Of a DNA stretch of 64,000 bases, positions 28,773 through 39,463 are shown one piece after another; position 1 is the stretch's first letter, and every line of letters starts with the position of its first letter. Source of the DNA: an uncultured Thermoplasmata archaeon (GTDB lineage: Archaea; Thermoplasmatota; Thermoplasmata; Lutacidiplasmatales; UBA184); assembly GCA_963730815.1 (NCBI GenBank), contig CAVSTD010000003.1:37570-101569 (forward strand), in the 5' to 3' direction. Below the pieces are notes generated by a model, which did no database searches, was not told where the DNA came from, and was given only the letters and a program-made list of their open reading frames with translations. Made by a program: the position numbers and the translations under genes.

Positions 28773-30254
28773 GTGGCGTTCGAGTCGCTCGGCGATTTCC
28801 TGACCGCGCTTGAATCGCGCGGAGACCTGGTCCGGGTGACCCGACCCGTTTCACGGGACCTCGAGATCACCGAGGTCACCCAACGGGTCCTTCGAGCCGA
28901 CGGGCCGGCGCTCCTCTTCGAAAACGTCCCCGGAACTCATCTCCCGGTCGTCACCAACCTGCTCGGGTCGCCGCGTCGTATCGCGTTCGCCCTCGGCGCC
29001 GAGACGGTCGAGGAGGTGGCGGACCGGGTCGAGCGGTTGGTACACCTACGCCCGCCGGCGGGGGTTCTGGGGGCGGTGCGCGACCTGTCGGGGACGATCG
29101 AGACCCTCTCGACCCTACGTTCCCTCGCCCCGAAGCGGGTCCGCACGGCGCCCTGTCAGGAAGTCGAGGAGAGTTCGGTGAACCTCGACCAGCTGCCCAT
29201 CCTGAAATGCTGGCCCAAGGACGGCGGAAGGACGATCACGTTCCCGGTCGTGATCACGAAAGACCCTGAGACCGGGGAGCCGCACACGGGGATCTACCGG
29301 CTCCAGCAATATGGCCCGGACACCCTCGGGATGCACTTCCAGGTGCACCGGGTCGGCGCGAACAACTACCGAAAGTGGGCCGCACGCGGTGAGAAGATGC
29401 CGATCGCCGCGGTGATCGGCGCGGACCCGGCGACGGTCTTCTCGGGGCTCGCACCGGTCCCCGAGGGAGTCTCGAATTTCGTCTTCGCCGGATTCCTTCG
29501 TTCGGCCCCCGTGGAGCTCGTCCCCGCCCGCTCGGTCGACCTCGAGGTTCCGGCGAACGCCGAGATCGTCCTCGAAGGGTACGTGGACCCGAGCGAACGC
29601 GCGGTCGAGGGCCCGTTCGGGGATCACACCGGATACTACTCCGCGCCCGAGCCGTTCCCCGTCTTCCGCGTGACTCGGGTCACGCACCGTCGGGCGCCGG
29701 TCTACTTGACCACCGTCACGGGAAAGCCCCCGACCGAGGACGCGGTGCTCGGCAAGGCGGTCGAGCGGGTCTTCCGACCCGTCCTGCGGATAGTCCTCCC
29801 CGAGATCGTCGACATGAACCTTCCCATGGAGGGACTGTTCATCAACGTCGGAATCATCTCGATCCGCAAGGCCTACCCCGACCATCCGCGCAAGGTGATG
29901 CACGCCCTCTGGGGCCTCGGCCAGATGATGTTCACGCGCTACCTCATCGTTGTCGACGAGGACGTGAACGTCCACGACCTCTCCGAAGTCCTGTACCGGG
30001 TCGGCCTGCAGGCGGACCCCGGCCGCGACTTCGAGCTCTCGCAGGGTCCGGTCGACCAGCTCTCGATCTCGAACCCGGTGCCGAACCTCGGGGCGAAGGT
30101 CGGCATCGACGCCACCCGCAAACGACCCGAGGACGGTTTTCCGCGTCCGTGGCCCGAGGAGATCCGCTCGGACCCGCGGGCCGTGGCCGCCGCGGAGCGG
30201 GCGATGAAGGAGGACCCGGTCCTCGCCCGGTTGCTCGGTCGCCCGAAGCCGTGA
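28773..30254 (+). CDS. ubiD: UbiD-family decarboxylase (menaquinone, futalosine-pathway type)
   Basis: GPALLFENV, WPKDGG, EIVLEG, EGPFGDHTGYY, KVGIDATRK. Confidence 0.92.
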   Translation: MAFESLGDFLTALESRGDLVRVTRPVSRDLEITEVTQRVLRADGPALLFENVPGTHLPVVTNLLGSPRRIAFALGAETVEEVADRVERLVHLRPPAGVLGAVRDLSGTIETLSTLRSLAPKRVRTAPCQEVEESSVNLDQLPILKCWPKDGGRTITFPVVITKDPETGEPHTGIYRLQQYGPDTLGMHFQVHRVGANNYRKWAARGEKMPIAAVIGADPATVFSGLAPVPEGVSNFVFAGFLRSAPVELVPARSVDLEVPANAEIVLEGYVDPSERAVEGPFGDHTGYYSAPEPFPVFRVTRVTHRRAPVYLTTVTGKPPTEDAVLGKAVERVFRPVLRIVLPEIVDMNLPMEGLFINVGIISIRKAYPDHPRKVMHALWGLGQMMFTRYLIVVDEDVNVHDLSEVLYRVGLQADPGRDFELSQGPVDQLSISNPVPNLGAKVGIDATRKRPEDGFPRPWPEEIRSDPRAVAAAERAMKEDPVLARLLGRPKP

Positions 30255-31141
30255 CGGGCGACACCGCTCCGAAGAGCGGTCCGGCGCGCGAGCTCGGACG
30301 GTTCCTCGAAATTCAAACCCTCGGGCTGAACCTGCTGTTCGCCCTTGCCTTTCTCCTCCTCGCCTCGAACGGGCGGCCGAGTCTCTGGACCCTCCTCTTG
30401 ATCGTCATCGCCTTCGTCGCCGCGCGCAACGCCGGCCACTCGTTCAACCGATGGGCGGACCGGCACTTGGACGCCGCGAACCCCCGGACTCAGTCCCGGG
30501 CGCTCGTGACGGGACGGATCTCCTCCGCGTTCGCTCTGGGGTTCTGCGCGGCGAATGCTGCGGTCCTAGTCGTCGCCGCCTACTTCCTCAACCCGGTCGC
30601 GTTCGTGCTCGCTCCGGTCGCACTCGCGCTGGTCCTCGGCTACAGCTACACCAAGCGGCTGACGTCGTTCACGACCGCGTTCCTGGGGCTCGTCCAGGCG
30701 ATCACGCCCGCGGCCGTGTACATCGCCGTCACGGGGTCGCTCCCCGTCGTGGCCCTGCTTGCGGTCGGCGGAATGCTCGCGTGGGGAACGGCGTTCGAGA
30801 CGGTGCACAGCCTCGGGGACCTGGAGAGCGACCGCGCGCTCGGCCTCTTCTCGCTGCCGGTCCGCTGGGGCGTGCCGGCCTCGGTACGCCTCGTCCCCGT
30901 ATTGCACGGAACGGCCCTCTCCCTCCTCGCGCTCTTCGGTCTCGAGCTCCACCTCACGACCGCCTACTTCGTCGCCCTTGTCGCGATGGCGGTGGTCGTG
31001 GCGTTCACCGACCGAACGCTCGCCCGGAATCCCTCCCAGGCTCGAGTCCCCTTCCAACGGCACTTCACGCTGAGCGCGCTCTACTTCATCGGAGTGGTGC
31101 TCGCCCTGTTCGTTCCGCTCGGGCCGGCATGGGTTCTGTAG
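30251..31141 (+). CDS. ubiA: UbiA-family prenyltransferase (MqnP-like)
   Basis: FNRWADRHLDAANPRT, YSYTKR, DLESDRALG; multiple TM helices; GTGA overlap with ubiD. Confidence 0.9.
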   Translation: MTGDTAPKSGPARELGRFLEIQTLGLNLLFALAFLLLASNGRPSLWTLLLIVIAFVAARNAGHSFNRWADRHLDAANPRTQSRALVTGRISSAFALGFCAANAAVLVVAAYFLNPVAFVLAPVALALVLGYSYTKRLTSFTTAFLGLVQAITPAAVYIAVTGSLPVVALLAVGGMLAWGTAFETVHSLGDLESDRALGLFSLPVRWGVPASVRLVPVLHGTALSLLALFGLELHLTTAYFVALVAMAVVVAFTDRTLARNPSQARVPFQRHFTLSALYFIGVVLALFVPLGPAWVL

Positions 31142-31209
31142 TCCCAAACGAAGGTTGGGCCGAGGGAACTAGCTCAATACCCCGGTCCGGGTCCTTGCCG
31201 GAGATCGAT

Positions 31210-31560
31210 ATGCCCCAGGTCATGATCGGCCTCTCGGCGCGCGACTACCGAACGACGAACGAGGTCTGGCGCCTCGCGAAGCGCCACCTGAACCCCGCGG
31301 TGCGCCGGCGAATCGGCTGGCGAGGCCGCTCGTCGTTCCTTCGCCAGCTGATCCTGTATGGGTTCGAGAAGGCGAGCGCGGACCCGGCAGAATTTCTGCG
31401 CGATGTTCGGGACACCCACGACCCTCTGTTCGGTCGGCGGGGCCGGTCGGAAGCGGGCGCGGACCGACGCGAAGCGATGGTCGAGAAGTGGCAGGGATTC
31501 TTCCCGAATCCGACTCCGTCCTCGCGCGGGCGACGCAGGACCCCCAAGACCGAAGGATAG
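31210..31560 (+). CDS. Small basic hypothetical protein, possibly ribbon-helix-helix
   Basis: MPQVMIGLS beta strand followed by helices (GRSSFLRQLI). Confidence 0.5.
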   Translation: MPQVMIGLSARDYRTTNEVWRLAKRHLNPAVRRRIGWRGRSSFLRQLILYGFEKASADPAEFLRDVRDTHDPLFGRRGRSEAGADRREAMVEKWQGFFPNPTPSSRGRRRTPKTEG

Positions 31561-31595
31561 ACACTCACGGTCCGAACGCGGAAGGAGCCACGCCG

Positions 31596-33460
31596 ATGTC
31601 TCGAACGGTCGAACGGCTGGAGGGACTCGCCCTGCTCGGTGGAGGCACCCTGGGCGCCGTTTCGCTCGCGACGCCAGCGCTCCTCGAAAGTCGGCTCGAG
31701 GGGGAGACGGGACCCGGACTCTCTTTGCGCGGCGTACCCGCCCCCGCGGGAAAACGGGGTTTCGAGATCTCGGACGCGGTGGCCCGATTCTCGGTCGAAA
31801 CGCCGATCCTCTCGCCGGAGGTCGGCGGAGAGGGAACCGGCGTTTACCCGATCGGACCGGGGGCGTTCCTCGTCCATCCACCCTTTCAATCCGACGCCGC
31901 GGCGGCGGCACGGGCCCAACATCCGGAGCTCATCGTGCTCGGGAACGCGCACGCACTCTGGGCCGATGGCCGGCCCTTCGTCCGAGCCGTCGTCGATCTA
32001 CGAGCCGCATTCGGGGCCGCTCCGTTGGTCTGGGCTCCGCGCGTCGCGCTGCCGCACCGGATCGCCCTGTTGACCTACCTCGGGGTCGACCTCGTCGACA
32101 CTACCGAATCCCACATCGCCGCGGCCCGTGGCGTCTTTCTTGACCCGGTGCTGGGCCCTCGTTCGCCGGCGCCCGCACCCCGCGAGCGGGCGTGTGATTG
32201 TCCGGCGTGTTCGTCCGAACCGCAGGGACCGCTCTCGAGCCACGCCGTGTTCGCGTGTCGCCGGGCCATGAGGGAGGCGGTCGCGGCCGCCCGGGGGGCC
32301 GGTTGCGCGAGCTGGTCGAGTCTCGTCTCGTCACCGAGCCGGCCCTCGCCGAGATGCTGCGCTACGCCGACCGGGAGCTGGGCGGGCTCCTGGAGGAGCG
32401 AGCTCCGGTCGCGTTTTCCGGTTCGCGGGACTACGTTCTCCTCGAGTCGCACCGACGGCCGGAGATGGTCCGTTTCCGCTCACGACTTCTCGAGCGCTAC
32501 CGCCCGCCTCCGTCCAAGACCGTCCTCCTCCTCGTCCCTTGCTCGAAGACCAAGCCATACCGGCGTTCCCGCAGCCACCGCCGCTTCTGGGGGGCGCTCG
32601 AAGGGTTAGGGTCGCTCGAGCGGGTCCATGTTGTTTCCGTCAGCTCCCCGATCGGACTCGTGCCCCGAGAGCTCGAGGACGTCCCTCCCGCCCGCCACTA
32701 CGATATCCCGGTGACCGGGGATTGGGAGGAGAGCGAGCGGGCGTACGTTCGGACGGCCCTCGCCCACTTGCGCGCGACCGGAAACTACCGGTCCATCATC
32801 GTTCATCTGGACGCTCTCGAATACTCGTTCCTCGCAGAGGACCTACCGGTGTCGGAGACGGTCCAATGGACCGTGAAGGACGACCGGACCACCACGAACG
32901 AGGCCGTCGGAGCCTTGCGAGCCGCGGTCGAGCGGGGCCTGCGCGGGGAAATTCCGGTCAAGGGAGGTCCCCTTTCGGTCGTGCGAGAAGAGCTCGAATC
33001 GCTCGCTGGTGTGCAGTTCGGTCCGGACGCCGCTCGGCGCCTGTTTGTTCCTCCGGTGCGCTTGAGCGGACGGCCGTGGTTCCAGCGCGTGACCGACGGA
33101 CGCGCGGACCTCGCCACCTGGAGAGAGGAGCGAGGGCTGTTCCACCTCACCGTCGCCGGGGCGAGACGCCTCTGGCCCGAACCTCCGCTCGCGGTCGAAG
33201 CGGACCCCGGGGTCACGCTCGAGGGCGACCTCTTCGTTCCGGGAGTGCGGCGCGCGGACGAGCGGATCCGAGAGGGGGACGCGGTGGTCCTCGTTCGGGA
33301 CGGCCATCTGGCCGGAGTCGGCGAGGCCGCCCTTCCCGGGCGACTGATGACGGAGCTCTCGCGGGGCCTCGCGGTACGGGTTCGCCATCGGGAGCACGCT
33401 CCGACCGACAGCCCCATGACCGAGGAACGGTCTCCTTCGGACGCGGGGCCGGTAGTCTAG
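31596..33460 (+). CDS. arcS: Archaeosine synthase subunit ArcS (TgtA2), one -1 frameshift at 32293-32298
   Basis: LLTYLGVDLVD, G|RLRELVESR, LLVPCSKTKPYRRSRSH, SPIGLVPRELE...YDIPVTGDW, C-terminal PUA domain. Confidence 0.9.
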
Positions 33461-33518
33461 CGGTGATGACGTCGCGCTTACAACGCGGAGATCGACGGTT
33501 CGAATCCGTCCCGGCCCA
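33446..33518 (+). tRNA. tRNA-Val (TAC)
   Basis: GGGCCGG/CCGGCCC acceptor stem, anticodon loop CTTACAA, T-arm GACGG-TTCGAAT-CCGTC. Confidence 0.96.
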
Positions 33519-33532
33519 CGGTCCGGCTTCGA

Positions 33533-35515
33533 CTAACGGCTAGGCCTCGCTCCCTTCGGCGGGAACGGCCCTCGCTGGATGGGTTGGGCCGGAAGACCCT
33601 CGGCGTGCAGCAGTGCCACGAACCGCGGGTCGCTGCGAATCGAGTCGAAAAAGACCCCTCGGTAGTAGAGCCAGAGCACTCGGTCGCCGTCCCGGGCATC
33701 CTTTTCCAGCAGGTCGAGCGCTCTCAATCGATCCCCGAGCGCGGCATACAGCATCGCGAGGTCGGTATCGGAGTTGTAGGATTTCTCCTCTCCGCGTTCC
33801 ACCCCGAGCGCGAACAACCGGGCCGCCTCGGGCTTGCCTACGAGAGCGTTCAAGAGGGCGTGGTCGAACCGTTCCACGTCATTGGCGCCCGTAACGGGGG
33901 TGTCGGCCTCACGGCGCGCATCCTCCGGCCGCCCCGCGGCCAGGTAGAACATCCCCAAGGCGACGTGCGCGCCGACGGACGAAGGGTCTTCCTCGACTCG
34001 TCTTCGCGCCGTTTCGATTGCAGTATCAAAATTCCCGGACTCGAGTTCCGCCCAAGCGAGCATCCCTCCCAATCCGTCCCTCGGGGCCAATCGGACGAGC
34101 CATCGAAACTCCTCCTTGGCTTCGTCGAAGCGCTCGAAGGCAATGAGGAAGAGCCCGAAGAAACGATGGGCATCTACGTTGCTCGGATTGAGGGCGATTG
34201 CTTTCCGGAACTCCTCCTCGGCGCGCTTCCAGTTATGGTCGAACTGGAAGGCGATGTTAGCGAGCGCTGCGTGGGCGGCGGAGGAGTCCGGATCGAGCGC
34301 CAGCGCTCGGTCCGCGAGCTCTCGGGCCCGCGGCATCACGTCCCGGAAGGCGACCGAAGCTCCCCCGGCGGCGACGTAGACGTTGGCCCACGCGCCGAAT
34401 GCCTCGGCGAAGGTGGGGTCGAGCGTCGTCGCTTGCTCGAAGCACCGAACCGCTTCCTCCAGGGCCGTCGCCGTCATCTCCGTCGACGCCGCCAGCCCCC
34501 GCAGGTACTGGTCGTAGGCGGCGAGGTTGGTCGTGCGTCTCCGAGAGGCGCCAGCCGGATTGGATTTGGTGAACTCGAGGCGCAGGGCCTCGGCCGTGCG
34601 TTCCGCGATGTCGGTCTGGACGGCGAACACATCGCCGATCTCCCGGTTGTAGCTGCTCGCCCAGATGTGTGCCTGGGTGCCGACGTCGACGAGCTGCAGG
34701 GTGATCCGAATCCGGTTCCCCGACTTACGCACACTGCCCTCGAGAACCGTGTCGACCCCGAGCTCGGACCCCACCTGAGCGATGGACTTCTGGGTCGACT
34801 TGTACGGGACCACCGACGTGCGGGCGATGACGCTCAAGTCTCGGACGTGGGAGAGCACCGAGATTAACTCCTCCGTGAGACCGTCCGCGAAGTACCCGTC
34901 GCCTGGGTTGGGGCTAATGTTGGCGAGCGGTAGGACGGCCAGGTGGCGGCCGCCAGTCGGACGTCGGGAACGCACGTCCGGCGGGGTCGACTGCCCCGGG
35001 GCCAGGATCTTGTAAACGCTCATCGGCAGCCGGATGTTCTTGAGGGTGACGGGAGGCATCTTCACGATCGGGACGGAGATCTTGTTCTGGACCTGGTCGA
35101 AAGTCTGCTGAGTGATGCAGATCCCCTCCGGGTCCGCGAGGGCCTCGATCCGCGAGGCGATGTTCACGGCGTCCCCGAGGAGATCGCCGTTCGACTGGAC
35201 CACGTCGCCCACGTGGACCCCGATCCGGATTCGGATTCTCGACTCGTTCGAGGTTGTCGCGTTGTAGACCTGGAGGGAACGCTGCATCTCCACGGCGCAG
35301 CGTACGGCTTCCAGCGCGCTCTCGAATTCGACCAGGAAGGCGTCACCCACCGTCTTGACCTCGCGACCGTGGAATCTCGAGAAGATCGGCCGCAGGAGCC
35401 GGTTGTGCCGGTCGAGGACCTCGAGCGCGGTCGCTTCGTCCGTCTGAGCGAGGGTCGAGTATCCGACCATGTCGGTGAACATGATGGCGGCGAGCCGGCG
35501 GCGGGACCCGGCCAC
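33533..35515 (-). CDS. Class III adenylate/guanylate cyclase + TolB-like + TPR protein
   Basis: [48 protein letters not shown]...[14 protein letters not shown] repeats; GGAGGAG upstream of GTG. Confidence 0.92.
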   Translation of the reverse strand: MAGSRRRLAAIMFTDMVGYSTLAQTDEATALEVLDRHNRLLRPIFSRFHGREVKTVGDAFLVEFESALEAVRCAVEMQRSLQVYNATTSNESRIRIRIGVHVGDVVQSNGDLLGDAVNIASRIEALADPEGICITQQTFDQVQNKISVPIVKMPPVTLKNIRLPMSVYKILAPGQSTPPDVRSRRPTGGRHLAVLPLANISPNPGDGYFADGLTEELISVLSHVRDLSVIARTSVVPYKSTQKSIAQVGSELGVDTVLEGSVRKSGNRIRITLQLVDVGTQAHIWASSYNREIGDVFAVQTDIAERTAEALRLEFTKSNPAGASRRRTTNLAAYDQYLRGLAASTEMTATALEEAVRCFEQATTLDPTFAEAFGAWANVYVAAGGASVAFRDVMPRARELADRALALDPDSSAAHAALANIAFQFDHNWKRAEEEFRKAIALNPSNVDAHRFFGLFLIAFERFDEAKEEFRWLVRLAPRDGLGGMLAWAELESGNFDTAIETARRRVEEDPSSVGAHVALGMFYLAAGRPEDARREADTPVTGANDVERFDHALLNALVGKPEAARLFALGVERGEEKSYNSDTDLAMLYAALGDRLRALDLLEKDARDGDRVLWLYYRGVFFDSIRSDPRFVALLHAEGLPAQPIQRGPFPPKGARPSR

Positions 35516-35668
35516 CTCCTCCGAACCTTCCCGCTGCAAGTGCGATCCTCCCCCGGCGCGCACCGGGCCGAGACACACGCGGGGATACCCTTTCAAGATT
35601 CCACCATCGTCATCGTCAGACCCTCCACCCCAGCGGGGGTGTCGGGTAATCGTAAACGGGGTCAGGCT

Positions 35669-36676
35669 ATGTCCGACCCCGTGAAGATGCGGCAGCTGGG
35701 GCGCAACGGGCCCCGCGTATCGGCGCTGGGATTTGGCTGCATGGTGATTTCGGGCTCGTACGGAACGCCCGACGAAACCGAAGGAATCCGGACGATCCGC
35801 CGGGCCCTCGAGCTGGGCGTGAACTTCTTCGACACGGCCGACGTCTACGGGCACGGCCCGCACTCGAACGAGAAGGTCGTGGGCCGAGCCCTGGAAGGTC
35901 ATCGGGATTCGGTCGTGCTCGCCTCGAAGTGCGGACTGCTCTCCTCCCCCCGCGGGGACGGGAAGCGCATCGATGGCTCTCCGAAACACATCCGAGAGGC
36001 GTGCGAAGAGAGCCTGCGACAGTTGAACGTCTCGACGATCGACCTGTACTACCTTCACCGGGTGGACCCCGAGACCCCGATCGAGGAGAGTGTGGGGGCC
36101 ATGGCCGAGCTGGTCAAGGAGGGCAAGGTCCGTTTCCTCGGACTTTCCGAGGCCCACCCAAACACCCTTCGGCGCGCCCATCGGGTGCACCCGATCACCG
36201 CGGTCCAGAGCGAATACTCCCTCTGGACGCGAGATCCGGAGAACGGAATTCTGGCGACGTGCCGGGAGCTCGGGGTCGGGTTCGTACCCTTCAGTCCCCT
36301 CGGTCGAGGTTTCCTCTCGGGCAAGCTCCGGAGCCTCGAGGGACTCCCCGACGACGATTTCCGACGGGACCTTCCCCGGTTTCAGTCGGAGAACCTCGGA
36401 CGGAATCTATCCCTGGTCGACCGTCTCGCGAAGGTCGCCCGGGCGAAAGGATGCACCCCGGCCCAGCTCGCACTCGCTTGGCTGCTCAGCCGCGGAAACG
36501 ATATCGTGCCGATCCCCGGCACGAAGCACGCAAGGTATCTCGAGGAAAATGTCCGCTCGGCGGACCTCGAGCTGTCCGCCTCCGACCTCGAAGCGATCGA
36601 ACGGGCCGTCCGACCGGAAGAGGTCGCGGGAGAACGGTACACCCCCGAGCGATTGGCCCTGGTAGACCGAGGGTAA
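35669..36676 (+). CDS. Aldo/keto reductase
   Basis: [39 protein letters not shown]. Confidence 0.95.
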   Translation: MSDPVKMRQLGRNGPRVSALGFGCMVISGSYGTPDETEGIRTIRRALELGVNFFDTADVYGHGPHSNEKVVGRALEGHRDSVVLASKCGLLSSPRGDGKRIDGSPKHIREACEESLRQLNVSTIDLYYLHRVDPETPIEESVGAMAELVKEGKVRFLGLSEAHPNTLRRAHRVHPITAVQSEYSLWTRDPENGILATCRELGVGFVPFSPLGRGFLSGKLRSLEGLPDDDFRRDLPRFQSENLGRNLSLVDRLAKVARAKGCTPAQLALAWLLSRGNDIVPIPGTKHARYLEENVRSADLELSASDLEAIERAVRPEEVAGERYTPERLALVDRG

Positions 36677-36791
36677 GCGGGGGCCGGAGGGTCGAGCTCC
36701 GCCTCGCCCCGGGCACCCCGCGCGGTCGCGCGCGAGCTCGAACGGAGCGCCGGCGCCAAGGGCTATAGACGGAAACTCGTCTCGAAGGCCC

Positions 36792-38018
36792 GTGGACCCA
36801 GCTCCGGCCTCGACGCCCCGTGCGGACGGCAAGGAACGGGCCGCCGGCGAACCGAAGCGGGGTGCTTCCCTCGCGATCCGAAATGCCCGGATTCTTCCGT
36901 CGCCCGACGCACCGGCGATCGAACCGGGCACTATCCTCGTTCGGGACGGGCGGATCGTCGCGGTGGGACCCGAGTTAGTCATCCCGTCGGACGCGCGGGT
37001 CATCCCGGGAGAAGGCCGGGTCGTGACCGCCGGGTTTTGGAATGCGCACGTGCACTTCACCGAGCCGAAATGGAGGTCCCCGAGGCGCAAGCGGGCGACG
37101 CTCCTTGACGCACAATTCCATGACATGTTCACGAGCCGCGGGTTCACGACGGTGGTCGACACCGGTTCCGACCCCCGGGTCACGCTTCCTCTCCGTCGGA
37201 GGGTCGCCGCCGAGGGGTTGCTCGGGCCCACCATCTATACGGCGGGCCCGAGCGTGTTCCCCCCGCACGGGATTCCCTACTACCTCCGTGGTGCCCTTCC
37301 GTTCTGGCTGCGCCCTTTCGTCCCTCAACCCTCGAGTGCCGCGTCCGCCGCACGGCTCGCCCGGCGGAATATCGCCCGCGGCGCCGACCTGGTGAAACTG
37401 TTCACGGGCTCGTACGTCGAGCGGGGCCGGGTCACCACGATGCCCGAGCCCATCGCCCGGGCGGCCGTCGAGGTGGCCCATGCCCACGGACAGCTGGTCT
37501 TCAGCCACCCCTCGAACCTCGAAGGAACTCGGATCGCCATTCGCTCGGGGGTCGACGTCCTCGCGCACCCACCGGACACGACCGAGGGGGTCGACGATTC
37601 CGTCCTACAGCAGATGGTCGAGCGCAAGATGGCGATGATCCCGACCCTCAAGATGTTCGCCGATACCGCGAGCTCGCGGCGCGAGTACCTGCTGCCGATC
37701 TACGAGGTGGTCCGCCGGTTCCGGGCCCTGGGAGGGCAGCTCCTGTTCGGTACCGACGTGGGCTACATGACCGATTACGCGACCGAGGACGAGTTCCGGG
37801 CGCTCGAGCGCTCCGGGGTCGACGGGCGCGAAATCCTGAGAATGTTGACCACCGCGCCGGCCCATTGGTTCGGAGTCGGCGGGGAGACCGGTTCGGTCGC
37901 CGTCGGTCGACGCGCGGACCTGGTGGTCCTCGAGGCGGACCCGATGCGAGACGTGCCGGCGTTCGCCCGAGTCTACGCGACCCTCCGTGCCGGTCGGGTG
38001 CTCCACCTTCGTTCGTAG
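36792..38018 (+). CDS. Metal-dependent amidohydrolase
   Basis: AGFWNAHVH, GADLVK, SH, AH, FGTDVG, GRRADLVVL. Confidence 0.9.
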   Translation: MDPAPASTPRADGKERAAGEPKRGASLAIRNARILPSPDAPAIEPGTILVRDGRIVAVGPELVIPSDARVIPGEGRVVTAGFWNAHVHFTEPKWRSPRRKRATLLDAQFHDMFTSRGFTTVVDTGSDPRVTLPLRRRVAAEGLLGPTIYTAGPSVFPPHGIPYYLRGALPFWLRPFVPQPSSAASAARLARRNIARGADLVKLFTGSYVERGRVTTMPEPIARAAVEVAHAHGQLVFSHPSNLEGTRIAIRSGVDVLAHPPDTTEGVDDSVLQQMVERKMAMIPTLKMFADTASSRREYLLPIYEVVRRFRALGGQLLFGTDVGYMTDYATEDEFRALERSGVDGREILRMLTTAPAHWFGVGGETGSVAVGRRADLVVLEADPMRDVPAFARVYATLRAGRVLHLRS

Positions 38019-38124
38019 CGTCGTGGCGAAGATCGTGGCCCGGTCCGGGGAAGGGCCGACCGGGCGCGGGGAGCTCGACCGAGCGGGTGGGCGGGCCTCG
38101 CAGAATTTCCCCGCCGAATTCTCC

Positions 38125-38796
38125 TCAACCTTTCGACGAGTTCTTCCGCAACAGTAACTCGTAGTGGAGGAACTCCCGGTCGGCCGCCCATCCGCACGCT
38201 TCGTACAGACCTTGGGCCGGGTTGTCGACGGCGGTCGAGAGCTCGAGGTAGTGGGATCCGGTCGCTCCCCCGTAGGCCCGGGCGGTCTCGAGCAACTTCT
38301 CCCCCACCCCCTTACGGCGCGCGTTTGGAGCCACGAAGAGGTCGTTGAGGAGATGGATGGGCCCGAGGGAGACGGAGGAGTAGAGCGGATAGAGTTGGGT
38401 GAATCCCACGGCGATTCCGTTCTCCTCGGCGACGAACACGACCGACTCGTCGTGCGCGAGCCGATCCCGAAGGAACTGTCGGGAAGCCGCCGGGTCCGCG
38501 GGTTGCTCGTAGAACTGTCGGTAGGCGTCGAAGAGAGGGGCGACCGCATCGAGGTCTTTCGCCGTGGCCCGCCGAACGGTCAGAGCTCCGGCGGGGATGG
38601 CGTGGGTGCGCGGCGCGGGGGGCCGATACGGACCGAGCCGAGGTCGACGGACCAGTTCCCCGGAACAGTTGGGACAGATGTACTTCAGCTGGCGGTAGCA
38701 GGTCGCACAGAACGTGCAGTCGTGCGCGCAGAAGTACGCGGTACCATCGGCACGCAGGGCGACGTGGCAGCGCTCGCACTCGAGTCGGAGCTCCAT
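38125..38796 (-). CDS. DUF1272-like Cys-rich domain fused to GNAT acetyltransferase
   Basis: ELRLECERC...CAHDCTFCATC...CPNCSGELVRRP, then LFDAYRQFY, LNDLFVAPNARRKGVG. Confidence 0.82.
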   Translation of the reverse strand: MELRLECERCHVALRADGTAYFCAHDCTFCATCYRQLKYICPNCSGELVRRPRLGPYRPPAPRTHAIPAGALTVRRATAKDLDAVAPLFDAYRQFYEQPADPAASRQFLRDRLAHDESVVFVAEENGIAVGFTQLYPLYSSVSLGPIHLLNDLFVAPNARRKGVGEKLLETARAYGGATGSHYLELSTAVDNPAQGLYEACGWAADREFLHYELLLRKNSSKG

Positions 38797-38870
38797 GGGG
38801 TACTATCTCCGTGGGCGCCCTTAACGATTTGACCGAGGCCGAGGCGGCTCGTCCGTGCTTCGATCCGGGT

Positions 38871-39440
38871 TCAGGTGATGCGAGCCCCCAACGGATAGCC
38901 GGCGAGCATCAGAATATCGCCGTGTCCTCGCCCGAGGTGGGGAGCCGTGACGAGCCGGGTATCGATGAGTCGGAGTTCCTTGAACGCTGGAGAGTGGAGC
39001 TCCCGGTCCCGAGGCCAATCGGCCCGGAAGAGAAAATCGAGGTCCCAATGCGTCCCGCTTTCCGGGTCGATCCGGGAGGGGTACGACTCCGAGAACACCT
39101 CGGGACCTCGCAGTTCGAGATGCTCGAGCCCGAGCTGCTCTCGGACGACCCGTTCCGCCCCCGCGCGCGGCGTCTCGAACTCGACCAGATGGCAGGCCGG
39201 AAGCAACCACCGGTCCTGGAGCGATTCGAGGTGCGCCGGTTCGAGGCTGCCGATCTCCGTCCAGGCCGCCGAAGATGCGGGTCGGCCGAGAACGACCAGA
39301 TTCGGATTCTTCTGGTCCCCGACGAGGACGAATACAGAAAGGCAAAGCCCCGCGCGGGGAGCTGCCCACATCCGGCGGCCCGCGACCTCGCCTTCGGCGG
39401 GACGATATCGAGCGAACCGGCGGGGGGTCGCCGCGTTCAC
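38871..39440 (-). CDS. NUDIX-like hydrolase with degenerate Nudix box
   Basis: WLLPACHLVEFETPRAGAERVVREQLGL resembles the Nudix box; HWDLDFLF. Confidence 0.65.
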   Translation of the reverse strand: MNAATPRRFARYRPAEGEVAGRRMWAAPRAGLCLSVFVLVGDQKNPNLVVLGRPASSAAWTEIGSLEPAHLESLQDRWLLPACHLVEFETPRAGAERVVREQLGLEHLELRGPEVFSESYPSRIDPESGTHWDLDFLFRADWPRDRELHSPAFKELRLIDTRLVTAPHLGRGHGDILMLAGYPLGARIT

Positions 39441-39463
39441 GCAGTGGGGGATGTTCCCCGCTC

